Origin: Callorhinchus milii
Taxonomy: Eukaryota
Assembly (NCBI RefSeq): GCF_018977255.1
Contig: NW_024704742.1
Span: 97,404,001 to 97,468,000 of the forward strand
Direction of reading: 5' to 3'
Length of the DNA: 64,000 nucleotides
The notes under the pieces are model-generated. The model was not told the DNA's origin. It was given only the letters and a program-made list of their open reading frames with translations, and did not search any database. Of the stretch, positions 26,396-41,200 are shown in pieces. The number at the start of each line of letters is the position of its first letter. Position 1 is the stretch's first letter. The translations under genes and the position numbers were made by a program.

Positions 26396-29300
26396 TCCAT
26401 TGTAAAGCTCTTTGAAACATTCTCCCTCTATGACTGGCTCTATATAAGTGCAGATTGTTGTTAGCACAATGTACAACTAAATTACATATTGTGCAAACAA
26501 TTATGTTATTATATGTTATTGATATAATTGTTAATTATAATGTGCTTGGTTTCTGTTCAAATAACAAAGGATTATTTATTTGTATTATAGGTTGTGTATT
26601 TGGATTATAGCATATTGCATATTTTTTTCAAAATCCTTGCAATTATCTATTTACTCCTTCAATATTATTTTACAAAATACATGAAATATTTTTTCCAGTC
26701 AGTTTTACAAAAAATAGCTAAATGTTCTAGTGCTTTTTTAAAAAAAAATCTGTTGTCTATGTAGAAAAGAATACTAACTGAAGATTAATCTGTATTTGCA
26801 ACAAATGGCACACAGGCTGCTGCTCTGCGTGTGTTCACTAATTTTCTGCCTATTATAGAGCAATTCGAACACATTACAAACTTGAGGCAAAACTGAACCT
26901 TACAAGAAGTCTGATGCAGATTAATGCAACTTAAATGAAGATGTGTTCACCCTGCATTTACCAAATTATTTCTTGCATTCTGTGTAATACACAGCTTGTG
27001 AGGCAGTAATTATCTAAGTACTTTATTAACCCTCTTCACCTGATTATTGTTGGGTATTTATAGTAAATGAGTTGTCAGCAGAAAGGCTTCATTAGACACA
27101 TCAGGATGTCGTCCCCTGAAAAATGATTCCTGCTTCAAACTGACAGTCTCTTCGTGTCAGAGTGATGAAGCAGCTCCGACAAATACCATATTGTGCACTC
27201 CATGAGTAAAGTACCAGTAACAAAATAGTCAGTTTGTTCGCAATTTTGTCAGATTAATATTGACATAATTTACTTGGGAATGATAAGAATGGCACCAAGC
27301 AGACATGGTTAGTTTTAATGGTTACTCGGGTAAATTGGATGTTGGATGGTTGACATCAGTCAGCAAACTACTAAAATATCTAGTTTTTGAAACTGGTCCG
27401 AATTTTCTTTTGAATATTTTAGCAGATTTTTTGATGATGAACAATTTTCAAATGTGTTAACATTTGTCTTTTGTTTCATGAGAAAACTGTGCCCTTCTGT
27501 TTTTTCCCTGTTATTTTCAGCCTCCTTTAAGATCCTTGCCTCCTAGTAATAAGTGCTTAACTATGAAAGGGGGGAGAAGATCCTTTTTTTGAATTAATGC
27601 AGATAAACACATCAATAGCTTCCTTCCACATTTTCTCTTGTTTTTTTCTCAATACCTGTCCTGGTAAAGATTAGGAATTCACCATATGCAAACCTACAGT
27701 TGAGGACCTATTTCTATTTCATTGTGTATTTAGTTCTATTCCTATGTTTATTTCATTTCAAGGTTTCATCTTATTTCTATCAATCTGGCTGAGTTGGTAG
27801 AACTCTCATATCTGAATCAAAAGGTTGTGGGTTCAAGTCCACATCAACACTTTGAACTCATAATTCAGGCTGACACTCCAATACAATGCTGCATGGTTGG
27901 AGGTGCTGTCCTCTGAATGAGACATTAAACTGAAGTCCCATCTGCCTGTTCAGAATTTTGAATATCCCATAACACTATTCAAAAAGAGAAGGAAGTAGCT
28001 AAGTATTCTGACTTATAATAATCTTTGCTCTTGATTTAACATATTTTATATCGGGGAGACATCTCATAGCACTTTTCAGGATTTACTGTAAAGTGCAGGG
28101 ACCATATATTTTGTAGGTGAACATAAGTTTTAAATTTTTTTTATAAAAAAGTACATTTTGTATGTGACTGTATGGTAAAGGCTTAATTCCAAGCTTGGAA
28201 TTCAAATCTCACTATAAATTGCTTTGACTTTTGGTTTCATAGGTTCTGATTCCCTCCTATCCCCTCAGTTGCTTTATAGTCTCATTGCTCACTCTGTTCC
28301 TCTCTATGATGTTGATATTGTTGTTATTCCCTTGTTCTTTTTGTATATGAATCTTTACGCGTAAGGTAATCTATTGTCGATGAAAAGCATTGACATTGAT
28401 GAGTGATTAGAAATTTTCTTTTATGTGCATGTAATGCTCTAATACTGTAATACTGTAAATACTGTATAATTGGAAAGTTGAAGCGAGAAACACAAGTCCT
28501 ACCCCTTCCCAATTAGCGGACGCTTTGCATATAAACAAACAGAACCTTTAATTAGCGCATCTTCTTGCCTTCATAAATCATGTTTTGCATGTCACAAAAA
28601 TTAACATAATTTATGAATTCTGAATAATTCAAGTGCAGTATGATGATTCGTATAACATAAATCATTTATTTTTTAACCTACGTCAAAACAAAACACCCTC
28701 ATATTGTAGTAGCTCAGGTAGGAATAATTTTGCTTTGTTTCACTTAGAGCCTTCATACACGCTTACATGGGTCTGCATATGTGCGAATTACATTTGTCAG
28801 AAAATTACATAACCAAGCAGGTTGCTAACATAGTGAACAGATAACAAGCCGCTAAAAGATTTAATGAATGCAAAGATGAATTGTGAGATGATGATGAAAA
28901 TTGCAATCAATTACTGATAATACCATTAAGAGACACATCAATTGCATTTTGGAAAAGAAAAATACTGTACCTTCCAAATCCCTATATTGTACTGCAGAAC
29001 AAAAATTATGTTTGGTTATAGTATTGTGCTCCACTGCTAAAGTCAGAAGAGAAATACACTGGCTATAAGTATTCAAAATGTCCATGACAAAAAAAATTCT
29101 GTCAGCATTTGTGTGGCACCTTTCACAATGAGGAAATGATAGATTGAAATTTGGAATGGCTCAACAAATATTACCTGTTACGTGTATTGCAACTAATTTG
29201 TCAGCTGGTAGGCAAACAAACAAATTAATGTGAATCATAGCTTTGGTAATGAACTACTGCTTAACATAGGACAGCCCAAGTAAGCAGTAATATAATATGG

Positions 29301-30888
29301 TCTGTTAGGCAGAATCATCCGATCATCAAGAAATTATTATGCAAATTAGGCTTGCAAAATAAGCAGGTACTAATTCATTAGATTTTCTTCTGTTAAAGTC
29401 TCTGTATTGTCACAAATCACTTGACATGTTACTTAAGAACCCTGTTTTGATGCACACACAGTGATGCAAAACTCAGAAGACGTTTGATTGCAATTTAATC
29501 CGGTCCAATTTAATAGTTTATCATGTTTCACTGTTTTGTATATAAAATGGATGTCCAGAATTGAGTTACAAAGCCATGAAATCCAATAGGGACCAGATAA
29601 TTAAAAAGATCTTAGTCTATCTTGAACATGGGAAAGCAATATTAAATTCCAGCATTACCCCACCACACTCTGGGATCCCCAAGCCTTGGCTCTGGGCAAA
29701 CTGCGCTTAATGCTCTCTGTAAATAGGTAAGCAGGATGTGTTCCTCCAGGGAGAGAGTGCACATTCCATTCCAGATATGGACCTGTCCACAAGTGAGTGG
29801 CAAGAATAGAACTCTTAGTCTGCTTTGGATACTCTTAAAGATGGTGATGAGTTTCCATGTGTGTCAGACACCCAGCTGACCAAACAAGATATAGATTCTC
29901 AATGTTGGTTTACCTTTGAACTGCATTTGTGATCATTCAACTTTTTTCTCTCACCTGCTGAAGAATCTGACACAAAAGTCACTCAATTTATTGCCTCTTT
30001 ACAAGCCCCACTTTCGTCTCAAAATAATTTTCTGTTCAACATACTGGTTTCTTCCACTTCCCATTCCTCCCCCCATGCTGAGAAGGTCCTCACTTGTTTT
30101 CAGTCATAATCTGCACCAGAACTTGCTGAGATGTCATGTGAAGACACTCCTCCAATTCTGTCATGTTCTCTCTCAAAGTCTCCTTACTCCACTGCTGGGT
30201 CTGTGGCAACAGAACTGTTGATATTGTTGAGAGCTTGTTTAGTCAGTTAACCACAGTGTGAGATTGCTGTTATGGCAGCCGGCATGTGATCAGCTGCTTA
30301 AAGGGCACATAGTTTTCTCCCCCTCTGGAGATCTGGCTCACACAATCTCCTTCTCCCTCTCACTGAGCAACCAGCTTTAACAGAGTCAGGCGCGAGACCC
30401 AATAATGTGCTTTATACACAACTGAAACACTCAAGGGAGAATGACCCCAATAATGTTTCCTTGTTTTCATTAAATTAGGTTTGCATGGTTTCAATTTTAT
30501 TTGGGATACTACACTTTTAAATAATATATTTAGAAAAGGGCTCACATGCATTGAGGGATTATACCATGGCATTGGTGACATTGAGTGGACCCAGGCACCT
30601 CACACCTGGTAAAGGTGCAGTCTTGCCCCCTCCGTTCCCACCTTCAAATCTTATCTTTTTGACTGCACGTGTGGCCTCTTTTTGACCACACTTTCAGCTA
30701 TTGATTCCCAAATCTCCATCCAGCTCCCCACCTTACTGCTCTGCATCTCAGGAACTGTGTGAAGCTCTTTGAGAAAGATAAATATGGCCTAACGTTTGTA
30801 CTGCAAAACACTTTCTCCTGATGAGTGCCCTTTCAACTAAAATATCAAAACTTAGTTTGGCCAATCCTATTTATCTGTCATCTGTGCG

Positions 30889-30917
30889 TGAGAGAGAGAG
30901 AGAGAGAGAGAGAGAGT
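30889..30917. repeat. (GA)n microsatellite
   Basis: Directly visible run of GA dinucleotides. Confidence 0.95.
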
Positions 30918-31176
30918 GGTGGGGAAAGCTACCACAATCTGGACTGATTTGGGTCAGCTACTCTGTTCTAGCTCTAATATAGCCTTATTTTCTCTTGTCT
31001 ATTTAAACAAGATCAATCTTCTTGAACAAAAATTATGTGAGATGACCCCAACTTAACTGAGGCTAATTTTCAGCTGGCCCCTGTGGAGAGGGAAATTTTA
31101 ACTTTTAAACCAATTTAGAGTCAAATATGATAGACCAGCTTACACATGATACTGGAGTTTGCACTGTGTTTGCACT

Positions 31177-31442
31177 GTGGAGTCCTGTAGCTCAGTGGTT
31201 ACAGATACCTGGATTCAGTTCCTGGCAGGGCGAAAACTTGGGTACACGTCTAATAATAATCCCTCCAAAAATGAAAAAAAAATTATAAATTGGTCATTTT
31301 CAATCCACGACTGTTTGTGGGACATTGCTGTGCACAATTGGCTGCTGGGTTTCGCCCACAAATATACGGTCAATTCACTTTACAGTCTATTCTGTGAAGC
31401 GTTTTGAGACGTTGAGAAGATATGAAAATATCAAATGCAAAG
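31177..31442 (+). mobile_element. tRNA-derived SINE copy with internal deletions
   Basis: GTGGAGTCCTGTAGCTCAGTGGTT head plus the family body and tail. Confidence 0.85.
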
Positions 31443-33307
31443 TTACAGAAATGGACATTAATTAAGCTGGAGGGCATTATTGCATACTCAAGATCATAGC
31501 TGATGGATCAATGCTTTCCTCTATCTAAAAAATTGCAGTTAATATTTTGATATTATATTACTTCCCAGCGCCTTGGGATGTCCTCCTGACGTGAAAGGCG
31601 CTTTACAAAATTTTGTTTTTGTTGTTGATGGTATATTTTGCAATAATCAATCTCATGCCATTGAGTGTTAGTGTTTTTGTGTGCTGTGGCTTAAAGAGGT
31701 CGGGTATAAATTTTCACTTCTTGTTTGCTTGTAATCAATTTCTGATCTTTGATGGATTGTTTGAATGAAGAGAAAAGGTGTACAGATAGATATTTCACAT
31801 TGGTTTAGATTTACTCTAACATCACATTTCAGAGTATTTAACCTGAGCCTCATACTCTCCAGATTTAGGTAAAGAGAGTATGTCCCTCCAGGGAGAGAGT
31901 ATTCCAGTTCAGTTGCATGGAAATTTTCATGTTGGTGACATACATATGAGGAACTCTCAGCTTGGTTTAGATACTCTTAATGATGGTGATGGGTTTCCAC
32001 ATATGTCAGATGCACACAAAAAATCATGTGCAGAATTTGGTAAATTGTTGAATTCAATTTTACATTTTAAGCCTATTTCCTTTCATTTTTTTTGAAAAAC
32101 TACTGGAAAATAAACTTTAGGTTGTGTTGAGAGTAAATTTATATCCAAGTAAGACTTCTGGAAACCTTTTGTTCCTGCATCTTTGAAAAGATTCCATAAA
32201 TAATGTTGATTGTTCTGGCCTCTACAATTTTCAAGGGCAAATACTTGTATTTTCTTGGATTTCTAACTTAAAATAAACAATATATTATTAATAAATATCT
32301 ATAACTTCTATCTGCTGATTATTGCTAAGTCTGCCTGCTAACTATATTCGCCCACAAATATACGGTCAATTCACTTTACAGTCTATTCTGTGAAGCGCTT
32401 TGAGAAGTCGAGAAGATGTGAAAAGCGCTATATCAAATGCAAGGATTATTATAAATTTGGGGAAAAAAACAAGAACAAGGAATTGGCACAACAGCAAAGG
32501 CAGCTGTGCAAAATACAAGCTGGATATGATGTATTTGCCTTGGTGTGAATTCATAGTAATGGCTTTTCTGTCTATCTGTTGAACAGTTTGTGCTACAAAC
32601 TGCCTGTTACGTATCCATTGTTTTGTGACACTGCAGCACCATCTAATGTATACAATGTTAAAGTATCTGACTGAAGCTTGAAAGTGCAACTGGCATTTGC
32701 TCTTCAGGGACTGCTCAATATTCAAAGCCTTGGTACGATTTTTATTTGTCTTTACAAAGTGATTGTAATGATTTCACCTACTCTTCCCCTTTCCCAGGCT
32801 AAATATTACATAGTTTGCAGATTTTAAAAAAAACTTCTCTCAGTAAAATTAAACAGAAGTGTTTTGAAACTCTGCAACACTCTCCCTCAATCCCTCTGCC
32901 TTGCCCCCTCTCTCCCCTTTTTCAAGTCCCACCTAAAAACTGTCCTTTTCAACCTTGCTTAGGGTCACTTACCCCCCCTCCGCCCCCCCGCCCCAGCTCA
33001 AAGTCAGGCTCCACCACTGTTAAGCGCTCATAGACGCTAACCTGCATGGAGGGCGCTATGCAAGTGCAAGTTGTTGTTGTTGAACGTTTTTTCACACTCG
33101 AAAACTGATACCATAGTATAAAGTTACCCACCTTTCTACAGCTGCCATTGTTTTTCACAAATACTTAATAAATTGCAGTATGTTTATTTGTATGTACTCG
33201 CATATAATTGAATGAGTGAAGTATGTAATAAGTCTGTCTATCAATGGATTGAACTTCATCAACTTTAGCAGAATTATGATTTCCGAAATCACTGCTCTGT
33301 AAACATC

Positions 33308-33594
33308 AGAGTACTGTAGCTCAGTGGTTAAAGCACTCGCCTTGCGAGCGAGACACCTGGGTTCATTCTAGGCAGGGCGAAACCTTGGGCAAGTTTCCTT
33401 ACTCCACACACCTAATAATAATCCCTCCAAAACAAAACGATAATAAATTGGTCACTTCAATCCATGACTGTTTGTGGGTCACTGCTGTGCACAATTGGTT
33501 GCCGCGTTTCACCCACAATTATACGGTCAATTCACTTTACAGTTTATTCTGTGAAGCACTTTGAGACATCAAATGCAAGGATTATTATTATTAT
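33308..33594 (+). mobile_element. Near full-length copy of the same tRNA-derived SINE
   Basis: Head TGTAGCTCAGTGGTTAAAGCACTCGCCTTGCGAGCGAGACACCTGGGTTC, the same body as 45799-46110, and a (TTA)n tail. Confidence 0.9.
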
Positions 33595-33639
33595 CATATA
33601 TGTATTTCCTTATTCATTTCTTGTCTGATCCAGCTGTGG

Positions 33640-34350
33640 CCATACGTCTAGATTATACTGTTTCCTCTATTCCTGCCAACATCTCCTGTCTTCCAACTTT
33701 GACCTCCTCAACCTCCCTGGCACAACTTTGAGTTCAGCTCAATTCCCAAGTTTCCTTTCTCCTTCTGTCTGGCCCTCACCAAGACCAGCTTCCATGTTGC
33801 CTCTAACTTATGTCCAATGCTACTGACCACATTCATTCATGCATTTGTTGCATCCCATCTGGACTTTTCTAATGGTCTTTCCCTGCTCACCTCCCTAGCT
33901 TCACCAAGATTCACAAGCTGCAACTCATCCAAAACACGGCTGACCACATTTTCACCTGCTCCAAAATCCACATGTCCATCACCCCAGTCTTTCCTCATCT
34001 ACACTGTCTCCCAATGAATAGATTTCAAGGTCCTCACTTACATATCCATCCACTCCTGGCATCTCCTTATTTCTCTGATCTTCTCCTATCCCAATCCTAC
34101 CCTTGCACCCTCCACTCAGTTAACTCAGACTTGCTATGCATCCCCTGCCCTCTCTATGCCACTCTCTGGATCTCTGGATCTCCCTCCCTCTATCCTCCCT
34201 TATTGACCCCTCCCCTTTCTGTCTTTATCCTTCCTCAAATTCTGCGTCTTGCATGTGTCTGTGGCCATCCCCTTCTGCCCTGTCCGGCGTCCAACCCTGT
34301 CACTGTAAAGCACTCAGAGAAATTACCCTACATAAATGAAGTTCTTTGTT
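33640..34350 (+). mobile_element. Degenerate L2 3' fragment
   Basis: Encodes FIHAFVASHLDFSNGL and ITPVFPHLHCLP, with a pyrimidine-rich L2 3' region. Confidence 0.75.
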
Positions 34351-35129
34351 CTTGCTGGATATGAAATGATATCTCTTTCATCAGCTGAGTGAATGGGAAG
34401 CCAGTTCTCTAGTTTGTGTTTCTAAGCACATTGGCCTGGGCTGAGGAACATTCTGTATAATTAAAACGCAAAATTAAAGCAAAGCTATGCAAACAGTGAC
34501 CAACCTTTCAAAAATTATCCCTCAAGATTTCTTGGTCAGTCATTTGGACCAAACCTACAGAGAGCACTTCTGAGTGAAACCCTAATGAACCTGAACCACC
34601 TACATTCATGAGGCAGTGTTGAAAACTTAAAGAGGTCCCGGCTGCCTTTACCACTTTAATTCTCTTGCAGATTCTGTCACTAAGTTTTACTATTTTTTTT
34701 AACTAGGCATTACAGCTAGTCTGGATCTTGAAGGGTTGGTTTATACTGTACTTTTCCCTTTTCCGAAGGAAATTGAGATTAAAATCACTGTTTCACTTGT
34801 TCTAAGACTGTAAGAAAAGAATGAAAACAAACAATTCATATCCTAAAGCTCCCTGTTGCAACTAATGTCATACTAGTATTCGGTGAGTCTCACATTTGTT
34901 TTATTGGGTGGGGGAGGGGGGCGGCAGGGGGTGAAAACGGCAGCAGATCCAAGTAGTTTCTTTTCCCTGTGACATTGACAAATGTCTCAGCAGGACCCCA
35001 CTATTGGAAAGGTTTGAGATCTTTGCCTTAAGTCAATAGTGATTTATCCTGCTATTGAACTTGTAACAAGTGCTGGTATGAATGAAGCTCATTAAGCAAT
35101 GCCACCTCATTCACATCTCCAGGGTTCAA

Positions 35130-35283
35130 AGAATCGTAGAATCATAGAATTATACAGCACAGAAGGAGGTCATTCGGCCCATCGTGCCGGCTCTTTGAAA
35201 AGAGCTATGAAAATCAATCCCGCTCCTCTGCTCCTCTGCTCCCCATAGCCATGCAAACTTGTCCTCCCCAAATAATTATCTGA
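35130..35283 (-). mobile_element. CR1 LINE 3' end
   Basis: gaatcatagaattatacagcacagaaggaggtcattcggcccatcg. A sister copy lies at 7851-8010. Confidence 0.7.
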
Positions 35284-38200
35284 GAGGTTACCCTGCATCC
35301 TCTTACCACTGCCACTCCAGTCTCCACCAATCTGTAATGCGTCACTGATCTTTCACATTTCCTGCTCGTGCACAGGCAGTGAGTGACCTTTGAGCTTTAG
35401 AGGAGACTGGAACACCCAATGTGTGAGGCCACCTTCAGCCAGCACAATCCGGTAGTGAGTGTAGGGGGGTGGGGGAGTGGGAGATTGGCTCATGAGTCAT
35501 ACAGTAAGATCACAGGATGGTTGAGTCATATGTCATGACTTTGTAACATCATCAGCTTTTGTGTGATAATTGGATGCTAACATGCAGTCAAACCTCCACT
35601 TTCCTTGACCCTGAATTATGGTGATGAAAATCATTGATTTTCAATTTTAGTGTATTTACAATTGGTAATTTGACATGCAATGCATACCAACAATATGAAA
35701 TACATATATATATGTAGTGCTTTATCATTAAATAACTGCAGAGTATCTACTAGTCTATATTCAGCATTATCAAACTGCCAAAGTCAAATTGCCATGGAAA
35801 TATTTCTTCCCAAAGTTTTGAATAAACTATTTCACCCATTGATTGTACATATATCTTTATATTTCTTGGTTATGTCTTATCAAATGTAACTGTAATTCGG
35901 TGATACAGCAGTAGCCACTTTAACCGGATGCCGGTTAACTTCGGAAGCCAGTAAATTGAACAAAATGGCTTAATTGGCTTCCACTGTATGTTAATTGCTA
36001 AATATTAGCAAAGAGTTGTAAAGATGTCATGAAAAAAAATTCCTATTATACAGCCTCAACATAAAAGAGTTCTAATTTTAGCTGTCAGGCTACATTAGAC
36101 TCTAACAATCTTTGAGAATTATGCTGCAGACAAAATTGATGGCTGGATCTACCAAAACACTGAAAATATTTGCGTGGGAAATATTTATAAAACCAGGTTT
36201 CACCACCGGAGGGAGCACTTTAATATGCAGTATTTTCAGATGAGTAGATTTTGGAAAATTGCAACATAATTTGTGGCTGGATGAGAAACTAAATTAATAG
36301 AATTTATAGAAATCTAAATGTAGGCAAGAAAACTTCTACTTTGGAGGCATTTAAATGCATGACATAATAGTCAGATGTGCAAACTTTGGACAAGAGCTTG
36401 TGAAATTTGACCTTTATCGTAAGGGCACAGTAAATGCCAAGTGTTAATGGTTCCAATGCAGGATTTATGTTTTCCACTTCTAATAGCTCTGGCCAAAGGC
36501 TGAGGAGACTTCAGTGATGTGCAACAAAGAGCATGCACAGAGCTCCCCTAAGTAATATTTGTTTTTTTAATGTTATTAAAGAGCTGATACTTAACATTAA
36601 ATATTGCCCCTTAAAAGTTGCGGGCTTTCCCATTAAAATCTCTTGAGAGCTATTAAGGAACCATTACTAAGCATAGCACAAATTTGACTTGCAATGACTG
36701 TTTTGATATTTCAGCAATGTAAATCGAAATGCTTCTGAAACAGCCATCTGCTTTCATTAATAGGGTACTGTCCTACTCAACTCCGATTTCTACTGTAATT
36801 TTCCCTAATTACTAAGGAAACTGAGATTTAGGATCACAGCCAGTTGTTACCTGATGTAACACGGTATTAAAAAATAAATAAACACACAGTCAAAACCACT
36901 TCACAGTATATCCTGTGAAGCGCTTTGAGATGTTTTAACAGTGCTTTAAGGCACTATATCAAATGTAAGGAATATTATTATAAGAACAATAGAAACGAAA
37001 CTATTCAGATTTCAGGTCATGTTTCTGAACCCAAATTACACTTTCAATCACTAGGTTCAAATTCTCAAACTTCCTGCTGATGTGGAGCCTGATCTTAGAA
37101 ATTATATCTTTTTTAATATTAATAATAATAAAAAGATACATTTGGCGTAGTGGATCTCAAACACTTCACAGGATTGAGGGCAGTGACTGTATTTTGTAGA
37201 TAAATACAAAGACTGTGTATTTTGTGCCAAGTACAGACTTTGGCATATCAATAGGTTGCAAATAATTCTTCAACAGTAACATAAATTAGTTTAATTTAGT
37301 TAGTCAATCTTTACTCAATATATATCAACAGTGCAAGTTATGTAAACTATGTGTAATGTAAAGAGGGAATCATGTAATTAAACAAGTGATAATTCCCTTT
37401 GTACATTCCCATTCACACACATGATTTGCAGATGTTTACACAATTTACAAAAAAAGATCCCATTGACTAATTTGTTTCATCAGTCAATTGCTTTATTAAG
37501 ACATGATTCTAATAGCAATAATAATCCCTACATTGATTTAACAGCTTTCACACCAGTAGGACATCTGTATTTTGTAGGTGAATGTGGTCTAATATTATGA
37601 TTAAAAAAATAACTTTGCATTTGATACACTGTCTTTCACATCATCAGAAGGCTGTCTCAAAGCCTTTTACAGGATATATTGTAAAGTGTAATAACTGTGT
37701 GTTTTGAAGACAAAATGATAGTGGTGTTTGAGAGAAATATACCAAAGCGGCAGAAGTATGAACATCTATTGTAGACTGAAGTTGATAATAATAATTATCC
37801 TTGTGTTTGACATATTGCCTTATCACATGGTTGAAACGTATCAAAGCACTTCACAGTATATATTGTAAAGTAAATTGACTGTGGATTTTCGTTGAGATAG
37901 CAATGTGTGGAGCTTGAACCTACATCCTTTGACTCAGGTAAAAGCACTAACTGACCCAGGCTGACACACAAACAACACATAGATGCAGGAAGTGGCTACT
38001 TGTCTGATGTTAAGATTGAGGTGTATTCTTTGAGCAGAGGGGAGGGTGGTTTATTCTGAATTTGAGCCTTGTTGTTACCTCGGGTAGGTGTGACCATACC
38101 ATGATTCTTGGTGGAAGATGTGGAACAGTAAGAGCTCACAGTGGCACGCAACCAAAAGGAGGGAACATTTTGGGGGAGAGACTCAACATGCTTTGCTCTT

Positions 38201-41200
38201 GCTCAACACTTAAGCGGAACAGTAGCACCAGCAGTGGCTGAGAAGCTGTCCACATTTATGTCTTTTCTGTCAGAAAATGATTTGTGACACCAATGAAACT
38301 AAGTAAGGGAAGCAATATTTGTATCAAACATTGAAGAAAATAATTTTCTTCAAATCATTTCCCTTCCCCCTTGTTGACTATGTCCCAACAAAACATACAG
38401 AATTGAACTGTCGTAATAATATCTTTGTTTTATTTCTTTGCATCTTAGTAAGTGTCTTAATTTTCTGCAATAGAAGCTGGATTTTGGAGGGAGCAAAGTG
38501 TTTGGCAATTGCTGAACCCCTTTACATTTGAAAAGAGACGTTACATTAAATCTGCTAGACTGCTTAAATGTCTGAAAAATTGTCCATAGATGTAAAGGTT
38601 AATTATTTAATATATGGTAATCGGTAATAGAAACAAGTAATTATCACACCTTGGGAAAAATGAGGTGTCTGACTTTTCAGAGGATCAGATTGCTGTACCT
38701 TTTCGGCGTGATCCTGCAGTAGTACCTAGGGCATTACAGTATGTTCATTATGTTGAAAAATGTTAAGGTTACACGCTTGCTGAGTAAATTAAAAGGCAAT
38801 GAGATGGTTCTTCTTTAATTTGTGAGTTAATGTAATTAATTTGGTGTCCGTTTTTTCCCCAAAGGGAAATTCGTGCTCAACATTTTGTGTGTTACAAATT
38901 TATCATGGTCCGTCCTAAGGGGCTGTTTAGTGCCCTTTTTGCAAAGTTTGCATTTTGTGGAGAAGAGCACTTAAAACTGAGCATGTCTAGCTGAACGTTT
39001 AAAAGATACCAAGTTATATTTGCTCAATAAATAAAATATGTCATATTGGCTTATTATATTTAATGCTGCTTTAGGTAAACCTGATAAATGTCACTGTGAA
39101 TTAACACCTGTTTTGTCTCCTTGATAACAAATTCTCCCCCTCATCCGTCTCTTCTGAAGGCAGCTAACTAATTTTTCCTTCTATTGGGATATGGTTTTGG
39201 AAGCGTTGGGTATTCTTCAATATCTCGCCCAAGTGGTCATTATTCACATATATATCACATATGAGCTTTGACAATTAGTGTAGGGAGACTCTTTGATCAT
39301 GGGGTGGGGGGGGGGGGGGCGGGGGGGAGTTGAAAGCCAAACCCAATCCTATGTCAAATACAGTATCTACAATTCAGCAAAGGTGGTTTAGGTTCAGCAG
39401 GAAACCTTGCTCTTTTTTTCCTCTCTGACTGGAGGTGGTGATGTGAGTTGTAGTTCTCTTGCTGCAACCTGATTGAGATCATCCAACTGATCACAGATTA
39501 TTGATTGAACCTGGGATCTTCCTGGACAGTATTGCTCAGCTGCTCGCTGAATAAATAGGCTGAGTCATCAGAACAGCTTTTGTTTGTATATAAATCATTA
39601 AGAAAGTTCCCTGTTGGGATTTAAAACGCAATAATCGCAAATTGGAATTTTTAAGTTAATTACAACTTGTGGTTTGCAAATAATGGATTGCAAAATTTGC
39701 ACTGAGGAAATGCAAATGCCAAATAGACAAAGTTGAAAGAAAGATTCGCGAGCAAAACACCAGCCATTTCCCAGTGGCTCGTTGCTGTCTTTCTCTAACT
39801 TTGTTGTTTTGGGATTTACCATTTGCCAGCTGTGTGTTTTCCAATCTGATATTTATAAACTGGCCGTCACAAATCAGAGGTTGCAATTAATGGAACAAAT
39901 CTAGTTTCAAATCATTTCAGATCTCATCTGCCCAACTATGCAGGAAGATTGCCAGATTTTTATAAAATCATGTGTTTTTGCAAGTAACAACAACTTACAC
40001 TTATATAGGAACTTTTCCATAAAACAAATGCCTCAAAACATTTTACAGAGATTAATTAGGGGTGCATTCAGACCTTGTTGAAGTTTAACTGGGTGCAGTT
40101 ATAATATTGATCTTTGTATTTTATACAGTTCAAAACTTTGAAACATTAATTTCAAATATATAAGTAAAAACATCAAATCATCTTAAAGCGATTCACAGGC
40201 AACCCTGTGTGAACTGCCCTAAAAATTTTTTTTGCTGTTGCAGTGCATTTGTAGGCAGTTATATTGTGGCTGATGAAAAGTCCAGACTGGTACAGTCTGC
40301 TCAAAGTGGTATTGAAATACTTTATTAAATAGATATGGGGTTCATAAAATTGCAGTGTTTGTGTTGGTTTGATAACTTCGTAGTATGATTTCCTTATTAT
40401 AATGTGCTTCTTTCCCGACGTGAAAGGTGCTATATAAATGTAATTTTGTTGTTGTTGTTTCGCCCACAAAATATACAGTCAATTCACTTTACAGTATATT
40501 CTGTGAAGCACTTTGAGATGTCTCGAAGATGCGATAAGGCGCCATATCAATTGCAAGGATTATTATTATTATTATTATTATGTCATGGGATCTTTAACAA
40601 CCTGCTGCGCAAGCATTTGGGACCTCAGTTTAAAGTCTCATCCAAATGAGGAAACCTCCAGCACGTCCCCAGTATTGCATTGGAGGGTCATCCCAGACTT
40701 TATGAGTTCAAAGTTGCAACTTGGGAATTGAACGCAGAACCTTCAACTCAGAGGTGAGAGTGTTGCCAAATGAGCCAGGCAGACACTTTGTATAGCGCAT
40801 GCTATACAAATATCATTACTTTTAAAAACAGCATTTATAAAGTCTCTATTTTCCCCCTTAAAAAAATCTAATTCTAGTTTTAAATGGAATTGTTCACTTT
40901 TTAAGGTCTGTTGACTCATAGAGATGAGAGTTTTCAACAACTGTTAGCAAATTCAAAACCGTTATTATATTGTATTTCCTGATAAGGAAGAAGCCCTACC
41001 ATGGGCTTTGCTTCACCATTTTTTGTGTCAATGGATAATTCAAGAAGTAGAACCGTTAACATGATGACTTTCTGTGTCAACAAGAAGAAAAATAGCAGTA
41101 AATTCCCAAGTAAATCAGAAAATTCAATCAGGCATATTTTCACGAAACAGGATGAAACTTCGTTGGTGGAAAATGCAACACTATTATGCAATTAAATAAT

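Noticed and set aside
39301..39328. G-run as a functional G-quadruplex
   Set aside because: It is a simple homopolymer tract within decayed repeat sequence, with no other support.
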